Shown piece after piece: positions 48,288 to 61,600 of a DNA stretch of 64,000 nucleotides. Origin of the DNA: Spizellomyces punctatus DAOM BR117. Lineage: Eukaryota. The translations under genes and the position numbers were made by a program. The notes below the pieces were generated by a model, which was given only the letters and a program-made list of their open reading frames with translations, was not told where the DNA came from and ran no database searches. Position 1 is the stretch's first letter; each line of letters starts with the position of its first letter. The stretch is from assembly GCA_000182565.2 (NCBI GenBank), contig KQ257454.1; one strand, 5' to 3'.

Positions 48288-48694
48288 CTATCTTTTCTTG
48301 AAACCATACTTTTTTCTTTCATAAAATAGATCTGTTTTACTGCTCCCCAGATTCACAATCTTCGGACAACCATCCCGCTGATAAAATTGAACAGTAAAAC
48401 ATTAGGAATTCCGCAAGGTGACCACGAAAGTCTGAACCAAAAGGAACTTACGTCTTTCTCTTGCACAACACACTCCTTACAATAGTACGCATCCGAAATT
48501 CCCGCCCCACCACAAATAACGCATCGTCCCTGATATGATCCATAATTACACTCATCGCAGATTCGCACCAGATCCGCTGGTCGCACGTAAGAATCACAGA
48601 TCACGCATTTTCCGTCGCATTTTTCGCATAAACGTCCGATGGCTATTCCTGGTTGCTTTCGGCAAAAGATCAAATCGGGATGATGGCGGGCCAT
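48288..48694 (-). CDS. RDS3: SF3b subunit PHF5A/Rds3, one intron
   Basis: [39 protein letters not shown]...[32 protein letters not shown]. Confidence 0.98.
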
Positions 48695-48927
48695 AGTTTA
48701 CTGTGATGCTGCAAACAGTGTGTTCAGAGACGCTTGGAAAATGTGAGTGAAAGGACAAGGATAGGGAACAGATTGTGGGGTGCGAGCTTTTGAAATGCTG
48801 GTAGGGTATTTGGAATCTTGACGTTGCGCAGTCAGTTGTCCTTGTTGCTATAGCAACATATGCATCTTGCCTTTGACCAAGCTGTTTCTTTGATCTCTGT
48901 TAACATTTGTTAACAATTAACGCAAAT

Positions 48928-49936
48928 ATGAACGATATTGTAACACCTGGACAGCGACTAGCGCACGCTGGCGACTATAAAGGTACTCCACGAACGAAGG
49001 ACTTTATTGGTCGATTCTTAAGTCTGACCGGTTTTTGTCCGTTCCCTCCGTTTGTCTAGTATCCTCTGGAACATATCAAAAGTGAGTTGTGGGGAGAGCT
49101 TGGTAGAACTGTTCTACTGGAATGGCGAGTGGTATCTTTGTCCATTGCCGTTATAGTTGCCGCACGAGCTGGGTTCCGGCTATGGAGCTGATTGACAGAA
49201 AGATCACGAAGGGGAAATCCTCACTCGCTCACTCCTGAACGTAGGGACGATTTCATATACGCCTCAGTAGTCGGCATAAGTCAGATATTACCACCAGAAA
49301 AAGAAGGCGAAGTAAGTATGTCATTTTGCAACGTCACCCTACACCCACGTCGCTGACTTGTTCGATAAAACGCGAATAGTCTCCAATAATCACCGTAACA
49401 CGCCACAAAGAATTCAACCCAATACCCGATGTAGGATCTATTGTAACGGGCCGCATCATCCGAGTCAACCAATTCTCTGCAACAATGACCATCATGGTAG
49501 TCGGGACAGCACCATGCAAAGAAAACTTTCAAGGCGTCATTCGAGTACAAGATGTGCGAGCAACGGAGCGGGATAAAGTCCAGATCTACAAGAGTTTTAG
49601 ACCAGGGGATGTCGTGAGGTTGGTCAATAAAGCGGGCACCCATACTCCTATGCAAGTACATAGCTAATAGGGCATGACAACAGAGCCGAAGTGGTTTCGC
49701 TTGGTGATGCGAGAAGTTATTATCTTTCGACAGCTAAGAACGAGCTGGGAGTGATATTTGCACAGAGTATGGCCGGATACACCATGATTCCAGTATCATG
49801 GGAGGAGATGATTTGCCCAAAGACAAAGGTAAACATCACGATATCCATGGCAGGTGACGGTAAATGGACTTCTACTGACTTTTGTGGAATACATAGGTTG
49901 TTGAGCATAGAAAGTGTGCAAAGCCAGAGTCTTGAG
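48928..49936 (+). CDS. CSL4: Exosome cap subunit Csl4/EXOSC1, multi-exon
   Basis: IVTPGQRL, IYASVVG, FQGVIRVQDVRATERDKV..SFRPGDVVR, VVSLGDARSYYLSTAKNELGV, CPKT..EHRKCAKP. Confidence 0.95.
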
Positions 49937-50398
49937 ACGTTAGGAGGATTTGGGGGACTCAGCGCCGAGTAGCTTAGCCGTATGCACTTTACCAAATAGA
50001 TATGCGTATTAAGAATGTCAAGATTCTTTCCCATTTCATATAAATGGAGATGCTCACACATGGTAAACGGAAGATCTCTGCACCACTGTTTGATAAGAAG
50101 CAGCCGTGCTGTCGCTTTTCGTCGTAAGAAGTGGTGCTCAATTCGATTGAGGTAAGAAAAAGTTTGGTAACTACGGGCGCTGCTCAGATGGACATGCAAG
50201 ATGATACTTTGGGAACAGTTCGCTCGTGTGAAACGATAAATACAGATGATATTCGAATGCGCCATCCACAGGAGCGATCCGTTCACAGGCCGTCCGACCT
50301 GTAACCCCATACTAGCCCATCTAATCATCTCGGTGTTATGTAGCAGGGTGGAAGGAAAATTGTCTAATACTGGCTATTTGGATATGCTATCCACAGTT

Positions 50399-51559
50399 TC
50401 ATGCATTTGTTGCGTCTTTGTCGAAGAATGTGATGCTGTCTTCGTCCAGGTCTGATGGCAATTTTATGTCCTTGACCTCTTGGAGGTAATGCTTTTGCAA
50501 AGCGTCTCTTACTGCCTAGATTGTGAGGATGCGACCATCAGCACTTATCACACCAGGAGCGGCCCTTGTAATGGATAACTTTGCTTACCCTTGTTTCTGC
50601 CATTTCCAACGAGCTGCCGTGCCCCTCCCCAATCTTCTCGACTCCAGAGTAGATTCCCACAATAAATACAGGTGAGCTAGATTGTCGACCGCTTTCCTTT
50701 ACCAAACTAAAAGAGAGAGCTGATAAGAATACGCGTGGACTGTTGGCCCTTAACATTCCATCAAGTGCTTACCGTGACACCGGTCGGACTTGACCTTTGG
50801 CCTTGGTGATTTGTACCAACAGCCGCTTGGGGTTGAGCAACTTCAAGTGTGACTCTATATCCACTGATCGCGACAGGAAGTGAGCATGGACAAACTGTCT
50901 CGTAATCTTGGCTCCCTTGTCTTGATACAGCGCCCCGATCAACGCTTGCAAGACTTTCCCCGCTACAAGAGCTTCCCCATTTGCAGATATTTGGCTAGTC
51001 TCCTCGCTGTTACCCTATACGGTGAAGCAGAATTAGTTCATACGTCCACAGATCGGTGGCCGGTACTACACGAACCTTCCAGCGCATCACGGTTGGTATC
51101 CCGAAATGTTTTCCCAAGCTGGCCAAGGCCTTGTCGCCGATGTAAGCCTTCACCACGCTTTCCACCGACTCCGCTGGCAACTCTGGAAACTTCATGTAGA
51201 CATGCTCTGTAACATATAGTCCCAATACTTTTCCACCTTCAAGAGGTCGACAAGGCCACTGTCAAAATCTACGAATTTTGAAATAAAGCAGTGGCAAAGG
51301 ACTTACCCAGATATTGAAGTCGGGAGAATGCTGACTTTGGCCCTGATGGGAAGGACTTGTGGGTGAGTGCCTCGTTCAGCAGTTTATTGTCGGAGAACTG
51401 GAATCCCGTCCGTGCCGAAAAGGCTGAGAGTTTGGCGAGGTCTTGGGGGGAGGGTGTAGATGTATATGAAATTGGTCGTGATTGGAGAGTTGTGCATGGC
51501 GCTTGCTGACACCACGCTCTTACAACTCGAGTTCGGGAGCCAAGTAAAAGGGTTCGCAT
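50399..51559 (-). CDS. MRPL3: Mitochondrial ribosomal protein mL44 (RNase III-like plus dsRBD), multi-exon
   Basis: Presequence, [25 protein letters not shown], and [36 protein letters not shown]. Confidence 0.88.
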
Positions 51560-51745
51560 AATGACAACGGTGACCTAGGTGGATGGCAGGAAGGTCCCTT
51601 GAAGCTGAAGATCGTCGTGTTGCGAGTTTTTGCAATTGCAAGAATGGCCGACGTATTGCCATGGTTACGTCGGTTACCATCCAGTCGACGCGATTTGACC
51701 TTTGTCGTTGGTCTTCCCTCATCAATCAATGTACGGACCATAACA

Positions 51746-53083
51746 ATGCTAAAAAGATTTTTTAAATGCACGGCATGTCGTAACCGTGCTGCCTCACCTC
51801 GGCTGGCGTCAATAGCGGGGCAAGTACGAAGAATAGCTACCACGGAGCGCAATGACGATTCAGTTTCGATAGGAGAACAATTGCATCGAGCCTTTGCGCC
51901 GCTCCTGTCCAAAGACCCACAAACAGGTGGAGCTGCATCCGATGCTTTAATAGACACATCTGACCTTCCAACAGTTGCCCGTTGGACTGTCGCTCCGCGC
52001 AAGCGTCCTGTCACTGGTGCCATGGACACGTCAGGGTCAACGGCTGAAGCCCTCCACGCTGCGCTACGTTCTCACAATATTCGTCAGGCTTGGCAAGTAT
52101 ACAAGAACATGTATCGAGCGGGTAAATACGATACCCTTCATGCAGACGATCACAGCACCATACTCGGTTGGTTGACGGCACATACACTTCCCAGCCTTGC
52201 TGCTATTCACGCTGCCCGTGTTCTTGCAAATATGCGACGATCTGGCTACCGTCTGGACCTGAGAGATTACCATGCGACGATGTTGTGTCATCTGCGGAAT
52301 AACGATTTACGTCGTGTGGCTGAGACGTTTAAGGCAATCCGCGCGGACGGTGAACGACCAGACGCACGCGCTTTCAATCTGTTGATTGCTGCATATGGGC
52401 AGGGTAAGGATCTACGAGGTGCATTCAGAGCATGGGAACAAATGAAGCGGGAGGTACCGGGGGCGCAGGCCGACATGGACTCTTGGGCCGTCATGATCGA
52501 GGCATGTGGTATCTCCAACAGGATGGATGAGGCCGAAAGATTGTGTGATCAGCTGCGAGCTGCAAATGCGTATTCAGATCGTAAGGTCTATGAGGCTATG
52601 ATACGAGCGTATGGAGTGAACGGAGATCTTGAGAAGGCACTCAAAGTGTTTGGAGAATTGAAAGATGGGCGTGCACGGGAGAATGTAGATTTGGAAACGT
52701 ACGATGGCATCATTTTGGCATGCGAGGCAGTAGACGATGTGGAAACAGCGCAAGAATTGTGGGATGAATTACGCGAGTTTTGCCGAGAGCATGATCGCCC
52801 CTCGCAGAAACGAGCTATTGCGCCCCTTGTGACCACTTTCAACCGCATGCTGTCGCTGTATGCGCGGCATGGCGACGTTGGCCAGTCAGAAGCATTGTTC
52901 AAGGAGAGAAGCATGCTGTATCCGGAGGATCTTGCTAGTTATCAACATCTTCTTCGTGCCTACGCATATCGAGAAGAGTGGCAAGGGTGTGTCAAGGTAT
53001 ATGAGAGTATTGTTAAACGAGGGTTCTTGCCGGATATTGAGATAGTGCAGGTGGCCATGCATGCACAGAGTAAGATACGCTAA
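51746..53083 (+). CDS. Pentatricopeptide-repeat protein, probably mitochondrial (start 51746 or 51644)
   Basis: Tandem ~35-aa repeats: AFNLLIAAYGQGKD, VYEAMIRAYGVNGDLEKALKVF, TFNRMLSLYARHGD. Confidence 0.9.
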   Translation: MLKRFFKCTACRNRAASPRLASIAGQVRRIATTERNDDSVSIGEQLHRAFAPLLSKDPQTGGAASDALIDTSDLPTVARWTVAPRKRPVTGAMDTSGSTAEALHAALRSHNIRQAWQVYKNMYRAGKYDTLHADDHSTILGWLTAHTLPSLAAIHAARVLANMRRSGYRLDLRDYHATMLCHLRNNDLRRVAETFKAIRADGERPDARAFNLLIAAYGQGKDLRGAFRAWEQMKREVPGAQADMDSWAVMIEACGISNRMDEAERLCDQLRAANAYSDRKVYEAMIRAYGVNGDLEKALKVFGELKDGRARENVDLETYDGIILACEAVDDVETAQELWDELREFCREHDRPSQKRAIAPLVTTFNRMLSLYARHGDVGQSEALFKERSMLYPEDLASYQHLLRAYAYREEWQGCVKVYESIVKRGFLPDIEIVQVAMHAQSKIR

Positions 53084-53171
53084 GTCATTTGTAGCAAATA
53101 TTTACAAGAGTGTATATAGTACAGACTACGGTTGCCGACACAGGCTTCCGTATTGTTGGCAATTATCACCC

Positions 53172-55814
53172 CTAGTCCCATCCAAACATCCATTTTCCTA
53201 TCGTCTTCTGTATTCCCCCAATCTCCCACTCTCTGCGTCCAATCCACAGATCATGTGTCATGTCCAATTTTCCGAACACACTTCCGCCTTTCCACGCCAG
53301 CACTCTAGAATCAATGTCGCGCGGGTTTTGCAATAGGCGCGGAGTCAGAGCGGGAGTAGCTCCAGTAGCTGACGCTGCTGCGAGCCTTTCTTTTAATGGC
53401 GTTCCTTGGAATACTGTTCCAAGCCGCTCCTCCAGCAATTTCGCCAATCCTGGTACCATTCCCCCGCCGCCCACTACCAGAATCGAAGAGCACAGCTTTC
53501 GAACGCGTATTTCTAGGTCGCCATCTTTCATGTCTGCATAAGTTTGCGCGTATAGGCCAACGGAGTGTGCCAACGCTGCATCAAGAGGAAAGGATATCTC
53601 AGATAACGTTCCCATGAACCGGCGCCGTCGGAGGAAGTGCATTATCGGTGGTGGTTGAAGTACATCATCCGGTGACTTGGGTGCTTCAGAGAATCCTTTT
53701 GTATTTGCTATTGTCACTTCTGGACTTTGCGCAGAATTCCCCCCAGCCTCGTAACGGATTGCTCCTCCTTGCGTCGGACTCGCTAGCTTTGGATCTACTG
53801 ATAGCACATCGGCAGCAGAGGGTTGATTATCCACCTCGAGGTCTGTTGTATTCGGAATATGACCCTCAGGAAATTTGTCGCTGTCCGCATTTTTCGACTC
53901 GCGTATGCGTTTCCCGTTGGTGGCGAGTTCTGCCGGATGGCTGATATAAGAACGGTAGGCTGCGGCTGCTGCAACTCCTGCATTGTGCGGCAATTCATCT
54001 CCCTCCGTGTCATCCTCTGCGTTGTAATCCAAATAGGTTTCGCGAAAAGCAACATGCTGTAGCTTTTTGGAGAAGTCAATCACGTAGGGGTGGAACAGGA
54101 CCTGCGATGAGCCGTTAGCCTCCTTAAGACTTGATATTACAGTTCGGAGCAGTTAATACGCACCCTGGGAGCAGTCACCACCTCATCGTAAACCTTGATC
54201 CTGTACAACAGAGTTGGTTGATCGGGAGCGCGAACGCAAAAGTTGCATAGGTTCACGGTCATGTCAATCTGTTTGGCCAGAACATTCAGCTTTGGACATT
54301 CCGCTCGCCCATTGCGATAGATAAGCTGGAACCCACCTCATTATTCGTGCAAAACTTTTCCTTCAGTTCGTCTGCAAGGAGCCAATCATACACATTCTTT
54401 TTGGGATTGAAATCGGTATACGGAAAAGCACTATTCAATAAAAGTTTCATCAAGAATGCCGTAATGTCATCGCCTCCGTATTTGAGATTGACTCTAATAT
54501 ATCCAACCATCAGTTAAACACACACTCATCTCAAGGGTAGGCTGACTTGCACCCACCTTGTATCTGCAACACACATGCCGTCTTCTACGCATGATATGCT
54601 GGTCTTCTGTGCTCCAATATCAATCACGCATGCAGTTGTAATCCCAGCGCCGAATGTGGCAGCCACAGATTCCTTGTTGAGCGATGGCTAGTGTTAGTGA
54701 GCGCTCACGAAGCGCACCAGTAACGCTACGGGACATACTTGGAGTGCTGTTACTCCCCGAAATCCCATGTTACGCAGCAGGAGTGTCGTCATTTCACGCA
54801 CATGTGCTTTACTAAATAAATCCGGCACCAACCACACGACATTGTATGATCCAAATTCAGAACGCAAAATCCCGAGTTCGCTTTCAATAATCTCGCTCCA
54901 TATAGTCTCCATATCGGCTAGACAACCCCATATTGACGTGTAGTCCGACATATTTAGCATCCCATGCTGGATTGGATAAAAGGCACGATAGACTATTGCT
55001 GAATCTGAAGGCTCGTCTTCGTCAAAATTTTGCGGACTCACGATACGCAGAGCCTTTTAATTATCGTCAGTGTGTTGGGTGGATAAATGCGGTCTGGCTC
55101 TAGCAGGTCATCGACAGCCGTACCTTTGGCCCGACAATGTAACTCTCTAGATCGTTGAGCTCTGTCCATTCTATTTTATAAGGGTCATTATGATCCGGTA
55201 TCGTTTCTGGCGTAGCCTGCGAATTGAAGCCCACTACTTGACTATGCGCGTTCGGTACAGCCCGGATCTTCTGCGTTCGCATGCGATGCCGTATATCCTC
55301 CTGGATGGGATCATACAAGCCCGGCTCATCCCGAATTGTGTCTGGAAAAGTTTGGGCGATTGCGCCCGGATTGGCAGATCTGGTCTGATGGACCTCTGTG
55401 CTGTCTCTGGTTTCGCGAACTTTCCTCACGATAACGTGCGGTACTTCTTTTGGGAACGCATCAGATGCTCTGCCCACGCGAAGATTACGGGAACCGGCAT
55501 GGATAACAATTATGTCGGAAAAGTTCTCATCTGGCTGGACGGAATCATGGCAATGTGTAAGACTCCCGCAAGGCATCCTATCCCTTACGACTCTGCCGAG
55601 ACTATCCCCATCGGAATTACGAAAAAGACCTAGAGGTACAGCAACTTACATTCGGTTGGACATTATCGTTAACCTTGTCCGCAACAGCTAACGAGCTCGC
55701 GGTTTTGAGGTATGTAGAATGAACGTTCTTGGGGTTCCAATTCGGGTAACCTTGGATCAGTGGGATGGATGTAAACTTTAGCGAGGGTAGGTCGTTAGGT
55801 TGTTGGGCGTACAT
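53172..55814 (-). CDS. ARP8: Actin-related protein 8 (INO80 complex), multi-exon
   Basis: IVIHAGSRNLRVGRASDAFP, ESVAATFGAG..ACVIDIGAQKTSISCVEDG, YGGDDIT, and PRDIDSRVLAWKGGSV. Confidence 0.93.
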
Positions 55815-58670
55815 GAGCCGGGAGCAGAGGCGGAACCAAAAAGGACGAAGGAGGAATGCACCAAAGTACAAGGACTCTGCACTGAGAACAGAGTCCAACA
55901 AGGGTGACGCGACCGCGTCCGAGCTCTTGTCTACTCAGATATTCTTGTCTTCGCACCTTCGTCCGAGCACCATCTACAGCAGATCTGACCATATGAGAAG
56001 TGATACCCATTGTCGAGTACTCTAACTAGCTGCTACCAAGAGGCTTGTACACGCCCAAAACGTTACGATTGTTCCTAGCGGGACAGTACTCCCACTCCTG
56101 CTGGGCTTTGCTCGGATTGCTTGGCTGTCAAGCAGGGGATATGCAGCAGTGTAGGGCTGGTCCTAAGTAGAAGGAGCTGTGGAATAGTAGATTGTCATAC
56201 TAGGTCAAATTCATGGGGGAGACCACAAGGGATGCACATACACTTAGCGAAAGGACAGTACAGCGCAGCTTCATCCACATTATCAATTTTGTAGTGAAGC
56301 TAGCCCAAGGCGGTAAGGGTCTTATTCAGGTCACTGACGGAATGGTCTTTGGTCACAAAGAGGAGAAGGAAAGCAATTTATTACCCGTCGTCAGAGTAAG
56401 AAGTGGAAAATCAACTGGTCCCAGAGTCGAAGACTCCTCTGTTCCCCTTCCACCAACACAATGCACAAGAAGATGCGCGGCAGAGAGCGCTCCCAAGAAA
56501 CCGGAAACGTGTGGAAGACTTGACTGGGAGTTGGTGGATTAATTTGGAGCATATGTAAGGAAGTGACTGGAAATGGCGTGAGGTTTTCGAGGGTTGCTGC
56601 ACACATTTACGCGTTTGGGAATAGTGATGAATGAGGAGGGAGTGGAATGGGATGTAATGCCATTGGCAAAGTTTTCCCATTCGAAGCCTGGAAAAAACGA
56701 CTAAAAGAAGAAGCATCCGGAAGTAATAAAGGGTGCTCAAAACCGAAGCTCCGCCGTGCCAAGAAGGAAGACCAAAGCACTTATCTCCTGCCCGCTCGCG
56801 CGTCGAGATGAAGCAGGAGACGCAGGATGTGAAGCCATGCGGCACAGAGTTATGCAAATACTCTTGATGCCAATAGGCCGGCTGCTAGAAATGACAAGAA
56901 TGGAACGGACTTCCTCAGGGTTCCGCATCCGGTCTGGGTCAGCATTGTCTGCGAGGCAAATCTGCCCGAAATGCACCTGTAGCTATTGATAATTTGAAGT
57001 GCATGTTGGGAGCAGAGACTGAAAGGGCACGATTCAGAAGTGGTACGAGCTTGAAACAAAATCGTTGAGAGAGGGTCTCGCTTTGAATTCGTATTGTTGA
57101 CCAGAGTGCGGATTGTATTACATTGCGACTGATTGAAGGAGAATCTAGGTGATGAAATCAATATCCATTGGACTCTGTCTTCGCGGCCTTTCTTTCTTTG
57201 TTCATTATCGTTATATCGCCGGCGGTGTTGCTGGTACTGGAATCAATCACTAGTCAGTCAGCGACAGATTACCAGGCATCAATTATTGCCATCGGATCAG
57301 GCATTGTTGGGGGCAATCTGATGCACCGTTGGAACGGTACTTCCCGTTACGCTGGTAGTCTTGGTCATGATTGCTGGCAAATAGAGGAGGAGAGAGCCTT
57401 TTCGGGCTCTTGGACGCCGGTGGCTGGGACCCGCGGATATTCATCTGCCAATACCCTAGGGTGACCGAATCCTCATGATTCGATCGTATGTTTGGGTGCT
57501 TCTTGTGGCTCCTTGCGAGCCAGGAAAACACCCGCAAACTTATCTGTGAGGCACCGCTGTATCATCGTTGGCGGACGGAGCTCTCCAATATGTATTTTTA
57601 TGACATGTTGAAATACGGTTTTACGAAATGATGGTTTTGCGGCCAATGAATGTGATTGTATTTTTGTTCTCAAAACATTGGAATTTGGCACTGTTGGCGT
57701 CTCCCTTTGCGTGAACCAGATTGCACTTTTAATTCATAATACAAGCGTTCAACGGCTACCCAAGTATACCCTTTGCAGAAGGCACGAAGTATTTCCCTCG
57801 ATGTTGACCACGTTTGGGAACGGGTTTTACATGTGTCTCTAAGACAGACATAGCAATCGATGTCCGCCTTACAATACCGATCCATTGAGTAGTAGAAGAC
57901 GGTAGCAAGTAGAGGGCCACATCTAGCGCTAACTAGTTACTACCTTGAACATTTTCAAACCTGAACCTAACGAATAAGAGTGCCTAACAACAGGATTGGT
58001 AGGAGATAAACAAATGGCCGTCCTCATTTGAGTAGTCGACATATAACTTTGTCAATTCATTGATTTATCTTATGTCGAATACAGAATATTATTATTCGCT
58101 TGCCTGAACATAAAATTTTTGAGAATTAAAGCATTTGCCTAAAGGTGAGTCCATGTCGATTCTCTGCAACATATTCAGTGCGCCCTTCCTTCCAATGGAC
58201 CGCCCACAGGAGAAAAGAATACTTGTTTGATCTTTTCGAGACAAGACGTCGGTAAGGATATTACAGATGATTCAGATTGAGGAAAGCATGATCTTATTGC
58301 AATGAAGGTGATTATGGACTGGACGAGAGTATCACCCTGCTAACTACGACATACATTCAAGGTAAATGATTTGAAAATCCACGGCTGGAGTGCTAATAGA
58401 AACGGAATGTGTTAACATCTTGCGAACCGGATTAAAGAGCAGCTACTAGAATACTATTAGCCAAGTAAGGTAGAAAACATTAACAAAAACAAACAGTCTC
58501 TGGTTGCAAGTTATATCGTAGAGGTGATCATCGCAAATGGACAGCGAACGCGACGTGTGTCCGTAAAAGGCAGCACAACTGTCTGGCACGCGCTCTCCCA
58601 CATGCACTAACAATTCATGGCATGAGCAAATAGTCATTTCTGTCGCTTCTTAACGTTTCCATCTGCCGCA

Positions 58671-61600
58671 ATGGAGTCATATCCTCTGGAATATGTTCTT
58701 CACCATGTGCCGCTGATGGCGGTTATGGGTCTCATTGAACCGGATGTCGAGCCGCCGAGTGGGACTACCGACACGCCAAAGAGTTCGTCGCTGAAGAAAG
58801 TCCTACTCTCTGTATTGATGGCAAAGAACAACATGAGCATCTGGGATGCAGCAGCCAAGAGAGAAGGCTTCTCTGCTTTTTTTCACGTCACCGTTTTGGA
58901 CAAGGTACTTTTCACGCTCTTGATGACTCGACCGCATGGCAGGTTGACAAAAGACTTCTGTTCTGATCCTTTACCCAGGCACACGTCTTTCCTCCCCGGA
59001 AACTCCAAAGGGCAACACCAGTTCAGCATTCCAATTTGTCTCCTTTAACTCCTGGATCGCCTCTTTATCCTGATGGTCTTATGCTCCCTGCATGGATACA
59101 ACGGCAGAAAGAAACGAGACCTGCAATAGTTGTGGGTTTCTACGATTTGTGGGAGCGAACAGAAACGCTAGACAATCGTGACCCCTTAGGCGTACAGCAA
59201 GCAATGAGCATAGAGCGCGAGCGTGATCTCATACTTTGCGCAGAGATCAACGAAAAGAAGCGAAATGCAACTGATCGGGGCATCAGGTTTGCTGTGGTGC
59301 TCATAATAAAGACGAACCCGGCAGGTAGGTCCTCTCAGTACCAAACCCATTCGGACACGGCCCGTGCTCTGGATTTTGATGCATTTAGTGCGCAGATGAC
59401 CCACATCTTGACGAACGAGTATCTTTCATTCGACGAACCTGTGGGTTGGATCTCAAAAGCTCGTTGTTCGTTCTACCGTCCGCCAGCACAGATCCGCAAC
59501 AGTTCATTACTATGTACGTAGGGCTAATGTCCTGTATATAGACGAGTGCTTATTTGCTGAGTGCATTTTTGATTCAGGATGCAAAAATCACTGCATGATT
59601 CGGCCTGTAGCTACTATCGCGATCATGACAAACGCATAAGGAAGAAAAAAGCGCGACTGCCGCCCATCTCCGCTCGTGCAGTAAGCACGGCGCCGTCTAC
59701 TTCTGCTGCATCCCTTCCAGGGATGGTCAGCATATCCAGCGCCCAGCAAGCAAAACCACTACCGCCGGCTGGCTGGCACTTACGGTACGAATACAAATTG
59801 GCGGTGTTCGCTGAATTCAGACAGGATATGGAGAATGCTATCAAGTACGTGGAAGCTGTGTGACATTGTTTTCAAGCTGCTGATCTCAGAGTCTGTTTAG
59901 GCATTATGAGACTGCATATCAATTGTTAATAGAGTTGTTTCACTGTGCCATTTCCGGTGGGGTGCTCGTTCCGGGAGGCGGAGGGTCTGCTCCAAACGAT
60001 CTCTTGCAACCCTTCACTCCTCGCTGGTTGGAAGCCCGGACGTTGGTCGATTGCATTAATCTAAAGGTCGGTACAAGAGTGAGGTATTAACGGATTGATG
60101 TGCTCAAGCTAAGACTCATCCGCAGCGTTGCGACTACCTTAGATTTGCAAACTCCATCTGTACACCGACCGCCCTGTTCCCGCATTACAACAATTAGAGA
60201 AGCATCTTACCAATTGCAAAAGCTTCCCCGAATTTGTTGGTCCACCAAGTACTGAGCTAACGTGGGAGGTCTCTCCGGGATTAACTCAATTGGCTAACCT
60301 CACCGGCGGTGGGTCATTTGAATACTGGACATGGGTGTCTACGCAGTACGTTTCATGATTTTCACTGGTCAACCTCCGCATCCGCAGACTGAGTCACTTG
60401 TATGAATCAGGTATCGCGTCTTTGGGGAGCTTATAGAGTTGGCTACCGGGAAGATTGGGTTACGCTTACCCTTTCCACCGCCGGGCTCGCTACCGGCAGC
60501 ACACACAGCGACGGGTCAGGCGCAATCTTTCTTGAATACTCTGTCCAACAATAGCATGAATGTCCTCTCTGGCGGAGACGTTCCCGTTGCTGTTTTTGGA
60601 CCATTCAGTGCCACGAATGCTTCTCTCGTGGTGCAGCATGCAGGATACTATTATTTCCTTGCTGCTCGTTGTGCTGAAGAGCGATGGAAACGCTTTGCAG
60701 AAACCGAGAAGGTGAGAAAGGCATTCGCTCGTAAGAATAGGACATATAATAATGATAACCCTAGGCCATTACGTCGGCCCCGCCTCCGCCGCCGTCGGCT
60801 GCTACATCCGTCCGAGGCGGACAAGCTCGCCTGGGATCTTTTGGTACTTGCCGTTTATCTTTTGCAATCACGGTTGAACTTGTGTAGGCTGACAAGCGCC
60901 ACCCGCTAAATGCTCCCTATAGCCGAAATATCTGGGTCACCATTTTCTGCCATGATGCCAAGCTCACCTATGCATGCGCACAATCTCGGTGTGTCACTGG
61001 CCTCCGAGCGAAGTGTAGATCACGCTACCTTAGTCATTGAGCTCTTGACAAAGTCTTACGAGCAGTTCAAGAAGCACAGGGCCGGGCGCATGACCCTCTT
61101 CCTCGCTTCTGAAATAGCTCGGGTGTATGAGCAAAGTGGAAAGTACGAGATGGCGCTCAAGTTTTTCGAGCGGATAGGAAAAACATATCGAAAAGAGCAT
61201 TGGCCCAATGTTCTCAAAGATGTCTTGAAATGGAGTGTACAATGTGCCAGAACCTTGGGTCGATGGGATGTCGTGGTTGAGTGCCTCGTGGAGCTGATGA
61301 GCGAGCGGATGGCGGGTGGGGCCGAAGGAAATGCCGAGCAGGAAGCTGCTGTACAGGAGCTCATGACCATTTTGCGCGGCGATGGACAAGATATGACCAA
61401 GGGACTGAGGGTGGCGGTGGATATGGACCAAATCGATGGTTTCCTACAGTGCAATGTTCAATTTAAGAAACACAGCACGTATGTGGGGGTGTCCGCGCCG
61501 TTCCAAGTGGTTTTGACTGCCGCCTCAGCCAGATCACCTCCTATTGCGCTAAGAATTTCAAAAATACATATTGGGTTTTCCGATGCACGGTTCGACCATG

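Noticed and set aside
56213-57464. Short ORFs between ARP8 and TRAPPC11
   Set aside because: I could not build a consistent spliced model or recognise a domain, so they are left unannotated.
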